A stretch of DNA of 64,000 bases from Zygnema circumcarinatum SAG 698-1b (taxonomy: Eukaryota; Plantae; Zygnematophyceae). Each line of letters opens with the position of its first letter. Position 1 is the stretch's first letter. The translations under genes were made by a program, and so were the position numbers. The stretch lies in the NCBI GenBank assembly GCA_037447605.1, contig CM074818.1:1004617-1068616 (forward strand), written 5' to 3'. The notes under the pieces are model-generated. The model did not search any database, had not been told where the DNA came from, and saw only the letters and a program-made list of their open reading frames with translations. This document shows positions 1 through 19,707 of this stretch, one piece after another.

Positions 1-129
1 CATCGCCCCTGTCTCCCTCTCAATCCCTCTCACCCACTAACCCACCTCCCTCCCGTTCTCCCTGGTCTCTCCTTTCCCACCGCTTCCCTTCCCTCTCCCT
101 CCCTCCCTCCCTCTCCCTCCCTCTCCCTC
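1..129. other. Exact duplicate of 1292-1420; both copies end at a 10-N gap (probable scaffolding artefact)
   Basis: Positions 1-129 are identical to 1292-1420 and each is followed directly by nnnnnnnnnn. Confidence 0.85.
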
Positions 130-139
130 NNNNNNNNNN

Positions 140-1294
140 CGACATGAGATCACGATACGTGATCTCTCGATGCACCACCATGATCCTCGTCTCCCCGCCC
201 ACATATCGCAGTTTCCCATCCCCCGGCTTCGGAACAATCAAACCTCCATAACTGCATAGCAGCTTGATTCGCGGCCTCGCCCTCTCCGTCAAGCTTTTTG
301 CCGCCCGTCGCTGCTGAGGATTTAGGGTTGGGGGATCCAAAAAGTCGCCGCTTGTGAGAGCTGATTCGTCCTCATCCTCACTCTCTCCCGCACCTCCTCC
401 TCCTCCTCCGCTGCTCTCATCCGAGTCAGTCTCTCCGTGGTCGACTAACCTAAAGATGCCCCCCCTTCCTGCACCCGCTCCCGCCCCGCTGAACCCTAAA
501 CCCGTTGCAGGAGCAGCACCGCTCTCCTTCTCCAAGGCTTTCCTCGACTGCTCTGCCTTCACATCGCCGGAATTTCGAAAAATATCGTCAATTCCACGGG
601 TCATGTCCTCCGTCACTCCTGCATCTTTCCTCACATCGTCGCTCGTTCCTGCCCTAACTTTTGGACCCGCGTTCCATGCAGCTACATCCGTTCTGTTTCC
701 GTTCCGTTCCGTTCCCAGCCACACAGCACCCCCTCCCGAATCAAAGGTCCGCAAAAACCTCTCCTCCACCTGCTCCTCCTCCTCCGCCCCTCTCCCTCTC
801 CCTCTCCCACCCTCCCTCTCTCCAGTAGGGTTCCCATCACTTATGTGCGGTAGGGTCTCCTTCCCCTGCTGCTGCTCCATTGCAGTCTGATTCACCGCTG
901 CGTTGTGCCTCCATAGGTCCATGGCGTCGGGAAACATCTTCTTTGAGTATGCATCTGACGCGGGTCCTCCTCCTCCTCTCCCCCCCCCTCCTCCTCCTCC
1001 TCCCTGCTCTCCCGCTGCTCCTCTCTCGTCCCCTCCCATCTCCCCACCTTCAGGCATGCTCTGTCGGCCATAGCCCTGCTGCTTCTGAGCAGAAGAGATC
1101 TCCCTCCCAAGGCTCCCTCCTACCCCTCTCCCGCTCCCTCTCCCTCTCCCTCTCCCTCCCTCTCCCGCCAGACCCAGCGCCGCCCAAGGCCCGCCGGCCG
1201 CGTCAGCCTGCAGGTCCTCGCTGTCCATGTCCCCGTTCAACTGCCCGCCCGCAGCGCTCGACTGCCATCTGTCCGCGATTCCGCTCAAGGGCAT
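140..1294 (-). CDS. PB1 (octicosapeptide/Phox/Bem1p) domain protein, 5' part only; probably the N-terminus of a plant B4-group Raf-like kinase (PB1-only protein not excluded)
   Basis: ORF 20..1324(-) ends in RIKLLCSYGGLIVPKPGDGKLRYVGGETRIMVVHREITYRDLMS, the plant PB1 signature, preceded by ~340 aa of G/E/S-rich low complexity. It is truncated by the N-gap at 130-139. ATG at 1294 (MPLSGIADRW) is the likeliest start, but the start is uncertain because of the gap at 1421-1430. Confidence 0.8.
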
Positions 1295-1862
1295 CGCCCC
1301 TGTCTCCCTCTCAATCCCTCTCACCCACTAACCCACCTCCCTCCCGTTCTCCCTGGTCTCTCCTTTCCCACCGCTTCCCTTCCCTCTCCCTCCCTCCCTC
1401 CCTCTCCCTCCCTCTCCCTCNNNNNNNNNNTCCCTCTCCCTCCCTCCCTCCCTCTCCCTCCCTCTCCCTCTCCCTCTCCCTCTCCCTCCCTCTCCCTCCC
1501 CTCCTCCCTCCCTCTCCCTCCCTCCCTCCCTCTCCCTCTCTCTTTCCCTCTCCCGCTCCCTCCCGCTCCCTCCCGCTCCCTCCCTCTACGATGGATGATG
1601 TCCCTGCAAGCCCCCCATGGCTGCCATCCGCGCACCTACATCTCCCTGTCCGCGTATACCCCCTTTGTACCCAAACTTCCTCGCGCGCCAGCAAACCGCC
1701 CTCGCTGCTCGAACCAGGCTTCAAACCTTGGAAGCGCCAGGTTCGTGTCAGGCCCGGACGCGCCTCGAACATTCGCCGTACCTAGCCCGCACCTATTCCG
1801 AACCTTTGAAAAAATTTGGCTCGAAACTTGCACCTAACGCGCCGCGAATCCGGGCGTCCGCC

Positions 1863-2316
1863 CACGTGGCTGTCGGTTGCCACGTGGAAGGCGCTCGCTA
1901 GCCCTCGGCCGCCAGCTCTGCGGTGTGGTCTGAGGGTGGGCGACGCGGCACTGGGCCTCGAGAGGGCCGGGTGGGACACGTGGTCAGCCCCCATTGGTTT
2001 CTGCCGGGAAAGCTTTTTTCTTCCTAAGGGGCGGCCACGTGTCGCAACTGTTTTGGCGGAGAAGTTTCGGCCCCTTTTGGGAGTTGCGCCTTCGGGACGT
2101 CCGTCCGTCCGCCGGCGCCAAATTTGGCCAAAAAAGCGCCGAAACGCATGGTTGGCGCGCGTACATCGCGGAATCCGACCAATGAAAGAATGCCACGTAG
2201 GCAAATGTGTACACGTGGTAAGTACTCATTGGATGATGTTTACTGACAAAAGTCGCCATTCCCCTCAAAAAGGAATTGCGGCCAGGCAGTGTCAGCCACT
2301 GGCGAGGCGCCACGTG
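1863..2316. promoter_or_regulatory. G-box/ACGT cluster in the divergent PB1-gene/DDX56 promoter
   Basis: CACGTG at 1863, 1881, 1977, 2036, 2212 and 2311, plus GCCACGTA at ~2192. The G-box is an established bZIP/bHLH site; function here is inferred. Confidence 0.55.
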
Positions 2317-2396
2317 GCATGACTTTTTCCCTCTCATGCGCGTCAGAGGCTGCCGCACGTCCCTCCAGGCGCAGAAGCACTAGCGGACGCGCGACC

Positions 2397-2469
2397 GTAC
2401 GATCCGTGCGAGTTACCGTACGCTGTACCATACAGTACAGTACTGTACAGTACATCGTGCGTACGGTAC
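2397..2469. promoter_or_regulatory. GTAC/CCGTAC cluster (SBP-box/CuRE-like cores)
   Basis: Nine GTAC in 73 bp, including the 14-bp palindrome GTACAGTACTGTAC (2435-2448), about 300 bp upstream of the DDX56 ATG. Confidence 0.5.
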
Positions 2470-2770
2470 ATACGGCCAGCAAGGGCACATGAACACATGG
2501 TGCTCGAAGCAGCGTGGTGGCTGTAGCGCTCGCTCGGGGCCAATCAGCGGCAGGCGCGCGAGGAAATCTGCCGTAAAATGCTTTTTTCCGAGCCCGTCGG
2601 CGGGGGCCGTACGGCAGGCTCAAGGCGTCCGTGTTTCGTACAGATGGCTGACGGATGTGGACGGACGGAGGCCGTGCCGTACATGACCGAGACAACGGAA
2701 AGCGTCGCCTTTGGGTCCTGCAGCTGCCTGGGGAGGGAGGGCAGAGGCAGGAGAGGGAGTTGCGGCCGCC

Positions 2771-9467
<6,697 letters not shown>

Positions 9468-11246
9468 CTTCCTTTTTCTATCACAAAAGTTCTTGCTTCC
9501 TTCTGGGCGCCCATTTTTTCTCATCATGGCTCTGAAAACATCACAAAGGGAATAGGCTATGCGATGCTTGTCCTGCCAAAACCTTAAATTCTAACCCTTA
9601 CAACTTAGCTTCAACCCCTAAATCGGGTGTGTCAGTTCGAATGCGGGTCACTAATCCCGCGTACGAAATTGGTAAGAATCAAGTCAATGGTCTGAAACCC
9701 TAAAAGTCAAACTTTATAAGAATCAGCCTTATCTGTCGTTGAATTCGCTGGTCTTGGAGGGCGTCAAATTCGAATTCCGCCAAGTGCCAAAGCCGCAAGC
9801 AGTGAAGAGAATTTACAAGTTTTGGTTGGGAGCGACTTATAATGGAATTCGTTTTTGAGAGAGGTGGGAATCCTCCTGTTGTGGGATGGCAATAGTTCAT
9901 GATAGGGCCGATTTTAGGAAGCCAGCCTTTCGTATTTTTGAAAATTTTGAATGAACAACTATTTCAACGTCTCAATTCGGAGCCCCATTCACGGTCAGAA
10001 ACTCTTTACCAAATCGAATTTAATTACTCTGGTATTGGACAAAAACCTGCTCGGGCTCGATAGAACATCTTGTTTACACCAATTGATTGAACATTTAGAC
10101 GAATGAAATCTGAGATCTGACTAATTCATCGACCTGAATCCTGAACCGCAGTAAGTTGGATTCCGCACGTGTGTGTGGACTATTCGATTACCCTCTTTAA
10201 GGAAACCACAACGAAAAAAGCTGAAATGTTCAACTAAAATGTAAGGTCTTGACCGCTTTCATAATACTAATTCATTCGCTTAGTAAATGGAGTTTGGCAA
10301 ACCGAACATCAAACAGCAGCATAAGCTATGTGGACAGATGGGCCGTAGGCAGGCGCTAGGGTACGGTCCCATACATAGCATGATCTGCACTGTAGCTGAA
10401 GCTTTTTACCGTTCTATCTCATGCAGATTCATCCACCTTTCTGCGACGGATCCATTCGAAGTGTTCTGTGCTTTTGACCTTCGAAACTAAATATTTTGAC
10501 CTGTCTAAGCGTACTTCCAAAATTTCGAGTTTTTACCTTGTCTACGTTTTTGACCCACTTAATAATGTTTAGCTTTTCATGTTGGCGAAAACTTTGTCAA
10601 GCCTGGCTAACCTGGTTAACCACATTTTGTAGGAAAACAACAAAACTCTGACAATTCGGATATACAAACAAACAATCTTTTTTTAATTTTTTTTTGCTAA
10701 AAATGGCAAACGGAACCTTCGGGTTCAGAGCCTGCATGCACGGCGCTTTAGGACAAGCATGCCATCAATGGCCAAATGGATGTGAAAATAGCCAAATACA
10801 ACAACCCCTAATCGTTAGTCAATATCAGCCTCAGGGACAACAAGTAGCGGACTCTATGGCTGACAGTTTTACAAAAACCGTTCACAGCCTATCATAAAAT
10901 GACGCTACCCGCATATGAAAAGGTTGACCCACATCGTTTCACTGAACTAAAGAGGTGACATAGAGGTAGAGGCACCACAGATGGCTCTCTTTGTCCACAA
11001 GTCGTCCCTATCGAGTGTGGGTGCAGTGCTTTGTCCTAAACCATAAAACTATAACGGAAACTTATGTGCGACAGAACAGAAAGTAACTCCACATGTGCAG
11101 CTAAACAGCAGCAAAATGTGACGCTGCGTACTTTATTCCCCGAACCCCCTCAGTACGGCATGTGGCATGTGACGTGTGGCATGTGGCATGCATGCATGCA
11201 TTATGGTATGGATGGGTGGAGAGCGCCGTGCCATGCATGGCATGCC

Positions 11247-14200
11247 TCAGCCTTTGGGCGGCGCGGTCTGAAACTGAAGGGCCAGCTGGCGCACAGCGAG
11301 GGCCACCACGTCGCGCTGATGGCGGGAGTTCATGCCGAGCTCAACCTCATGGTCCTTCAACATCAGGATTTTCAGTTGGTAGGGATCACTCTTCGAGATG
11401 TCCACCTGGAGGGAGGGAGAGGAAGAAGGGGTAGGGACAAGGGAGAGTGGAAGGGGGAGGGAAAGGGGAAGGAAAGGGGATACCGTGGGAGAAAAGGGGG
11501 GAGAAAGGGAGAGAGGGGTAGATGGAGGGGAGGGGAGAAAGAGTGAGTTTCTGTGAGAGAGAGAGCGAGAGAGATTAGTGTGACTTTTCAAAGACATCAC
11601 AACATGCAACAATGAGATTCTGCACAGAATGTTGAACTTCCAACGATCTCCTACGATCAATTGAGAAGCGATTGGCTCGTCTCCACCTCTCTCTTCTCTG
11701 CCTCCCTCCCTCTCCCACCCACTCCCTCCCCTTCCCGCTCACCCTGAATGGCGGGTCGTAGGAGCTCTTGACCTCTGTCGAGGAGAAGGAAGTGCGCGAG
11801 CCGGGCCTCACCACCTTCACCCTTTTGCGGTTGACATCGACCACTCGCCTCTCTGACTGCGAACTGCCTGCCTGCTGCTGTGTCTGCTCCACCAGTCAGC
11901 AAGCCGGCCAGGAGAGAGTGAGGGAGGGCGAGAGTGAGGGAGGGAGAGAGTGAGGGAGGGAGAGAGTGAGGGAGGGAGAGAGTGAGGGAGGGAGAGAGTG
12001 AGGGAGGGAGAGAGTGAGGGAGGGAGAGAGTGAGGGAGGGAGAGAGTGAGGGAGGCAGAGAGTGAGGGAGGGAGAGAGTGAGGGAGGGAGAGAGTGAGGA
12101 GGGAGAGAGTGAGGGAAGGAGAGAGTGAGGGAGGGAGAGAGTGAGGGAGGGAGAGAGTGAGGGAGGGAGAGAGTGAGGGAGGGAGAGAGTGAGGGAGGGC
12201 GAGAGTGAGGGAGGGAGAGAGTGAGGGAGGGAGAGAGAGTGAGGGAGGGAGAGAGTGAGGGAGGGAGAGAGTGAGGGAGGGAGAGAGTGAGGGAGGGAGA
12301 GAGTGAGGGAGGGAGAGAGTGAGGGAGGGAGAGAGGGAGAGGGAGAAGAGAGAGAGAGATAGGAGTGAGGCAGCTACGCGAGTTAGAGAGTTTAGTCTTT
12401 GCAGTCTTTGTCATTCTAAGGGTTTTGAAATGGGTTTATCTTCAAAGTCTTGCGATTCTTTTTCTATCCGTTGTGGTTTCACTTCATCAGCTATCATCTC
12501 TTCGATTATCTTCTCGCTGACCGCCCCATACTGTTGAAGCTTAACAAGATTTCAAGCCAAGATGCATCGAATTGTTGTGATGCTATTGAAGTACGCCGAT
12601 GAGATTAAGAGCATGACTGATTAAAATAGAGCACGAACCTAAGCTGTGCTAGGTCTGCCTTTTCAAAGCAGATGAACTACCGAAGATCAAACTGTAACTG
12701 AACATGGGAAAGTCCTGACACAATAGAGGAAAACCAAGGAAGCATTACCTCAAACTTCGCTGCTCCAACCTTGATAATATTTGCAACCTCTGAGGCCACT
12801 TCCGGCTCTGCAGCCCACCAGACAAAACAGTGTTCTTCATTTGCAGCACCAAAAAAGTGGACAAATGTTCACGGCTCTGTATTTTAACTACTTCAGAGTT
12901 TTGAGATTTTGGGGCTTTCCGGAAATTCTAATTAGCTAATCTGCAATTTCCCCACTAAAAGATAGAGGTCAATATCATCACTCCACAATACTACGAATAG
13001 AAAGAGTTGCAGTTTCGGCTGAACGGGAAATACGTTACACGGAAGAGAGCATGCATGTAAACAGTCGCCCATATCATCCTGACCTCTTGCTGGACAGTAC
13101 GGATAGGAGACACATACCCATAGTTATAACAGGTGTCAAAGCCACAACCGGTTCTCCCTTAACCCCATCCTCTCTCACAGGAGTATAGCGAGCCATAAGC
13201 ATGTGATCCACATCGTCAGCATAGGCTTCATATGTTCTCCCTACTTCCCCTGCAAAAAAAAATAGCCCCCAAAATGGGAACCAAAATGAAATTTCAGGAT
13301 AAAACAAGGTCTACCTTCGATACATGAGATGGCCGTTAATTGCATGGAGGAAACTTCTTGGTAGTTTCCCTGCACCTTATGTAGCTCAGATCTGAGCCAG
13401 TTCTCACCAGGAATGAGAATTGGCTCTTGCTCTCCCTCAGGTCGTCTCCTGAACCACTGAACTTCACTCTTTCCTTCCTTCCCTCCTCCGTATGTTGCCT
13501 TTACTGTGAACAGGCTTGTATGGAACCCCCTCCCTTCGATACTCACATCCTCTACATAGGGATTCCCTGCAACAATTCACCACCAATACACGCATTCACT
13601 GTGCGTTCAAACTCTATGGTTTTCTCCTGATGAGCTAGCTCATCACGTCCATGTTGAACAAAACCATAAGGTTGAGCAAGGTTTAGGGTTTTTGGGTTCT
13701 TAAGAAGTCAGAGATGAAGTAGTAAATTTTTTCACCTGGAGACACTTTAGGGGTGATAGCCTCCACTTGATCTGCTTTCCGTCCGAATGTGTCGGAGACT
13801 GTGCAGGAACATTTGAGGAAAAAGCCCACATCTTTCAGCTCCGGAGTGTACTGGTTTTGCCTTTCCAATGATAGCACTTCATAGTCACCATTTCTCTCGC
13901 TTGCCCTTGACCTGCCACCATAAAAAAAAGTAATGATTTCAATGATAATGATCAGCGCCCTGCATCCATGACTGCCATACATACACTGGAATGGAAAAAA
14001 ATGCTTTTTATTGTATAATCTCTCAGAATTCGGAAGGGAATTCTGAGATGAAGGGAGTCTTACATACCACTGAAAGCTGACTTCCTTCTTGTACTTTTTC
14101 CAGGGCTCATCCACTATCTCCACAGCTGTCAAAGTCTGTCCCTCTGCGACTACTCCTTGGATGCTAACTCCATGCCGGCTTGGAAGTTCTGTTCCCATAC

Positions 14201-16751
14201 AAGTGCAAGAAAATAAGTATAAAAGAAGGGGAAAGGGCCCGATACACTAGAAGTCACAAATATACTGCGGCATAGTGAGGAAAATCTCTACTCTTCTCCT
14301 CTCTATCTTTCACGATTGCTCTGATGTCAAAGTCAGAATTTGAGAGTAACTTGGAACAGCTTCATATTCTTTGCTCTCTTCTTCTCGTCTCTTTGCTCTC
14401 TTGCTTCTCTTCACCTCCTGTAGGACGTGCTACATGCTACTTTCCAGTTCTTAAAAAAACCAATATATTCTGTAAGGCAAATAGCAAGAGAGTGCTATTT
14501 AAGAAAGGCACCCACCTGGATAAACAATGTCGCTGGGCTGAGACATCACCTTCGTACCCACCACTCCATCCGACCGTTTCGGCAAATATCTGAAGCACAA
14601 TATTTCTCCCTCAATATCTCTGAACAATGTCCCGATGGACTGAATCCTAAATCGCTTGCAAAACTTTCCTTTTACAACCAATCACATGCGTATTCCCAAC
14701 AACGAATGGACCTGCCCCATGTCTTTCGTTGGAATCTAGTAAAGGAAACTCAAAAAATATAGCACGATAATCAAAGATTGTTGCGGCGAAATGGGTTCTA
14801 ATAATGATTAGACTGTGTGCATCCTTACCCGAATACTAGCCGGCAGCCATAGTCCTCATCCCCAGGACAATAAGTTAAGGTTTGCACTCCCTCTATCTCC
14901 TCCAGCTCTCCCGTTTCCAACCGTCTATACCAGCTGCAGGGACTCCTCCCTTCCCTCCCTCCCTTGTACTGCGCTGTACCCTCAAATAGAGTACTCGAGA
15001 TAGCCTTTACTGTGACATTCCTTGCAACAGGCCAACCTGCTCCAACCCAGAGATGCCAAATTGCCTTTATAAGGAACCTCTAAATTATGATTTTAAGCAT
15101 TGATATAGCTCGTCTGCATCGTCTTTTTTGGTTCAGAACATCGCCGTGAACTTCTCACAAATGCATGGCGTTTGATTTCCATTGGGAAATTTCTTCAAAT
15201 GGAACTAAAGAAAGGAGGTCAGTGATTGCATGAGGCTTGCATTAGGCTTGCATATGGAGTAGTTGAAAAATTAGGAGGGAGGAGTTCAGACCTGGGGAGA
15301 CCGGCTGAGCTGAAGATGCTACCAATGGGGACCCCACTTTCCCATCCGATCGTTCAGGAATCCACTCTAGCACGAGATAATTCCCCACATCTTCCAGAGT
15401 GGGAATGTACGTTCTGCTATCACATGCAAACCGCAAACTTCTCAGCATGGCTAACTTAAACAAGAAAGAGAGCTTCCATTGAGCCCCAAAAGCAGTGCCC
15501 GACCACACCAGAACAGCAAAGCAGCTGCAGAAGAAATGAACAAGTTCAGTATATGAACAAGGTTTAATCAAATAGCAGGCCACATAGAAAAGCTGGGATA
15601 TCCATGACCTTTGAAAATCTTAAAACCTTCCTAGAAGAATTGCCCATTCCCCCTCCAACTCCTCACCTTGTGTATGCTACTCTGCGGAGTGTTGTGAGGT
15701 CTACCGAGAGGTCCACAGGAGAGGGAGAGCGATACCACCCCCACTTCCCCACTCCCTCCTTCCCTCCACTGTACCTCCTGCTCACTGCTACAGGCACATC
15801 CTCTTCACATCTCTCTGGCAGGACGAGCTCTAAAGCAGCAGGAGCTCCTGCACCCACACAAAATTCAAATTGCCGCTAAGCTTTTTTTTTTTTTTCTGAC
15901 AGAAATAGACAGCCTGGCAAACCTAAGATTCAGCGTTGTCTTGCTTTACAATGCATCTTTTGTTAATATTTAAGCATATGTTGGAGTATTTACTGACAAG
16001 CCGACTCTAACATGCTGCTTTGGGGAAAAGAGAGTCAGAGAATATCACAATAGAGAAAGGAGTGGGCAGAATTTTCCTGCCAGCCATTGAATCTTTTTGA
16101 CGTCCACGGGTAAATCAATTGACAAGGTTTCCAGGATAAGAATCAAGTTGTTTTGTGCTATATTTACTCATTCTGTTGGACGACTGCATGCAGAAAAAGT
16201 CGTGCAGGTTGATTGATTTACTCTCCAATGCCTAAGAGACCCACCTGGTTCAATGGGATCAGAGAGAGTGCTGACAGTGTCTCCTGCTACCCCATCAACT
16301 CTCACGGGGGTAAACTCCAATAGCAGTTGACTGCCCACATCGTCCGGTCCGAGCACCACAAAAGCTGCAGCCAACAAATGTATGCATTCTCCATGAGAGG
16401 TATAAATAGGATATGGACATTGAAATGCCTTCTATAGTAAGTAAGCAGGTTAGCATCACTGGGCTACTTCTGACTCCCAATAGCAGACGAAAGTCTCCGT
16501 AGCAAATCGAGCGACAAGGAACGAGAATGGTGCATCGCTAATTTCCACCATCTTCAACATCTAGCTTCATATATGCAGTTGCTGAACACGAAGATGCCAA
16601 AACCTGCACTCTGTCCCAACAAGCACGATATGCAGCTGCGAATGTTCAACAAACAAAGGTTCATGCACGACACACACATAAATCATCATTCAGTAAAAAA
16701 GCGCCGCCACAAACGTAAAAGGAAGAAGGCGAGAGGAGAGAGAGAGCGAGA

Positions 16752-16791
<40 letters not shown>

Positions 16792-19664
16792 CGGGCGAGG
16801 GAGGGGGGTGGGGGGAGGGGAACTTGCGTCGATCTGCCGTAAGAATGTTCAACCCCTCCGGTGTGCGCCGATACCACTTGTAAATGCACACACCCATGTC
16901 TCTGTTTTTCCAAGTCCAACAACACACCAAACTCAGCCTCACATAATGAATTATTGAAGGACAAAATCGAAGCAAACCTTCCTGCTGGTTGCAGGAGAGA
17001 GTCAGTAAAAACAAACAACCATGGCTCTTACGACGTGAATGAACCAAACAGAACCCCTCACAAGTTTCCCTCACCCATTTGAGCATTCCCGAGAAGGCTC
17101 TCAAGTCACTACTAAGGCCATACCCAAGGAAAAAGAAAGGAAAACCTCCTTCAGAGTGAAGATTAGGAAACTTTGCCTCTTCCTTCAAATCCTATCCTTT
17201 TCAAAATGAATGATGTTTTCAGGTTTTTAGGGCTCGTTTTGAGATGCATACCCCCCGCGATACGTTGCCTTTCCCTCCAGCTTTTCCCCCTCCACTGCGC
17301 TTCCCAAAATCTGTAAAGCGACGCATCGTGGGCTGGCTGGGCCCCACATCCCACAGCCGGTAAGCTTGCAGGGAACAGTTATCTACAACAGTCTCAGTAA
17401 AAGACCCTTACCACCCTTACCCTTACCCTTATAGGGTACTATTGGCTAAAGGGATTGAAGGACAGAATAAATGAAGTGATAGAAAATTGAGGTTTAAATA
17501 GCACATTAACGAGTACGACGTTGGCATATATACAGCACTGCTACTAAAGGCTGAAGGGTCTGTAGACGGGGTAAGTGAAGTGATGAAAAAATGAGCGAAA
17601 TTTGGGGAATGAATAGAAAATAGAAGCATGCAGCTTGATGCTGTAATGAAGTTTAGATCTGCAGTACACTAAGGTGCTTAAAAAGGGCCACGTGAACTCA
17701 GTTTCTATTGCCCTTTCACGTAGAAATGAAACGCGTTTCGGGCTCGAAAAGTTTGTAAGTGAAGTGGGACATTCAATAAGGGGTTGAGCTGTCTGCTGAG
17801 AATGTAGCCTTAGGGAAAACAAGCTTAACAACACTTAGCATACAGCAAGGTAAAGCCAACTTTAACACGCTGCCTGCTTGACTAAAGATACAGAATGGGC
17901 ATAGCAAGCAGATACATATCTTCGTGCTCACTGCTTTTAAAAAAAAATATGTAAGAGAAGTGAGCATAGTATATAGGTAGCAAGGGAAAGAGAAATACCA
18001 GCCGTAACGGGTCCCACTAGGGGAGAGACAGCTACAGGGCCAACCACTCCGTCTGCTCTCACAGGGAGGCAGGAGAGAGAGAGCAACCCATCCAGATCAT
18101 GGCTCCGTACAGCATACTCCCCTCCCACAGCTGCATTGATGGTTTCCTTTGTGCCATCAGGCCGGGTCTGACATAAAGAAAAAAGTCAAGGAAAAAGTAA
18201 GGGAAAGACTCGAAGAGTTGGGTTTGATTTCTGCATTCACTTTTTTATGATGCTAAGTCATGGGTGGACTCTAACTCTGTGGTTTTAAGGGTTGCCAGCC
18301 TAAAGCTAAGAACGAGTGAAATTCTCAGATTTCGCGGCATAGCTTAAGGTCTTTAAAAAATCTGGATGTTTCTTCATCTCCCTTTTTTTTTTTTGAAACT
18401 TACCAAATGCCACTGGAGAGTGGAGTTGCCCTCCACTCCGCCTCTGTATTCCTTCACTGCTCGCACCACCGAACCCTCCGACGGCTCTCCCACTATGCGG
18501 AGACTGGTAATGCGGGGAGGACCTGGTCCAAAAAAATCACATGACAATCACATACAATAACACTGTAAGAGGGGAGAGAAAGAGAGATGAAAACCTGCAA
18601 ATGTCGAAAGAAACAGCCCTGAGGTTTTCTCATTCAGACACTACAGGAAGGCTCTGAAAAAGAGAACTGCCTTCAAGCGAAAGATAGTTGAAACCTTTCG
18701 GAGATATAGCCGACCCGAAAATGGAGGAGAGAATATTAGCCGCCTACCTGCTTCCACAGTGGAATCTCCCATTACTCCTTTGCTTTCTCCCAAGGCTCCA
18801 TCAGAGCGGACTGGCAAGCAGCGGAAAGATATGCAGTGACCAACATCTTCTAAACGGAGAGCATATTTGAGAGACTGTTGAGCATCTTTGATGGTTGCCC
18901 CGGGCTCCTTAGCATTCTGCAAAAAGTTGTCAAAGATAGGACAAGCTTGCAGTCAAGAATGAACTACAGAAGGATAATAAAAAGTCTTTTCACGATTGTA
19001 GCTTTCTACCCTACCCATCTCTGCTTGCTGTCTCAAGAGCATGATTCGCCACGCCTACTTTCAAAAAGAGAAACTTATGTGGAAAGTAAGAGTTACTCAG
19101 AGTTCAGATTCTCACCTTATGACGATACCACCCGTATTGCGATTTCCCTTCATATCCCCCAAAGTAGGCATAGCCCGCTACCAGAGTTCCTCCCTCTATC
19201 ATTTCGCCGGTCATGCTCATACTCGTCACCATGGGAGGGAGCACTGCACACCACATCATCACAAACCTTAGCCATGGTGGCTGACCCCATTCTGGGATTA
19301 AATCTAGATATTTTAAACGACAAAAATGCGAGGTGTATCTTAACAGTTAATCCCAATAACTTTGTAGGACTTTTTCCGTTTCGAAGCATTCCCGTTCTGG
19401 TCAAAGCAGGATGCATCGACTCGTTCACAAGGAGATTGAAGCCTAAAAAATAGACGTTTATTTGAAAACAAACGCACTTAAACCAGCACGATGTTGAGTG
19501 AGGAATAAAGGAGGAGGGCAGGAACATTGCACGCACTTTGAGCTGTGCCCGGAGTAACTGCCACCACCGGTTTCCCTGTTTCGCCGTCTGATCGCACAGG
19601 CGTATACTTTACAACCACATGGCAGCCCACAGCTTCGAGTGGAACAACCAGCTCCTGCATAATT

Positions 19665-19707
<43 letters not shown>

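Noticed and set aside
1-1430. Apparent tandem duplication of the PB1 gene start
   Set aside because: The two 129-bp copies are identical and both end exactly at 10-N gaps, which is typical of overlapping contig ends joined by a scaffolder. Treated as an artefact pending long reads.
9500-11240. Short ORFs in the DDX56/AIR9 convergent intergenic region
   Set aside because: No recognisable motifs, splice-consistent models or repeat structure; treated as 3'UTR or spacer.
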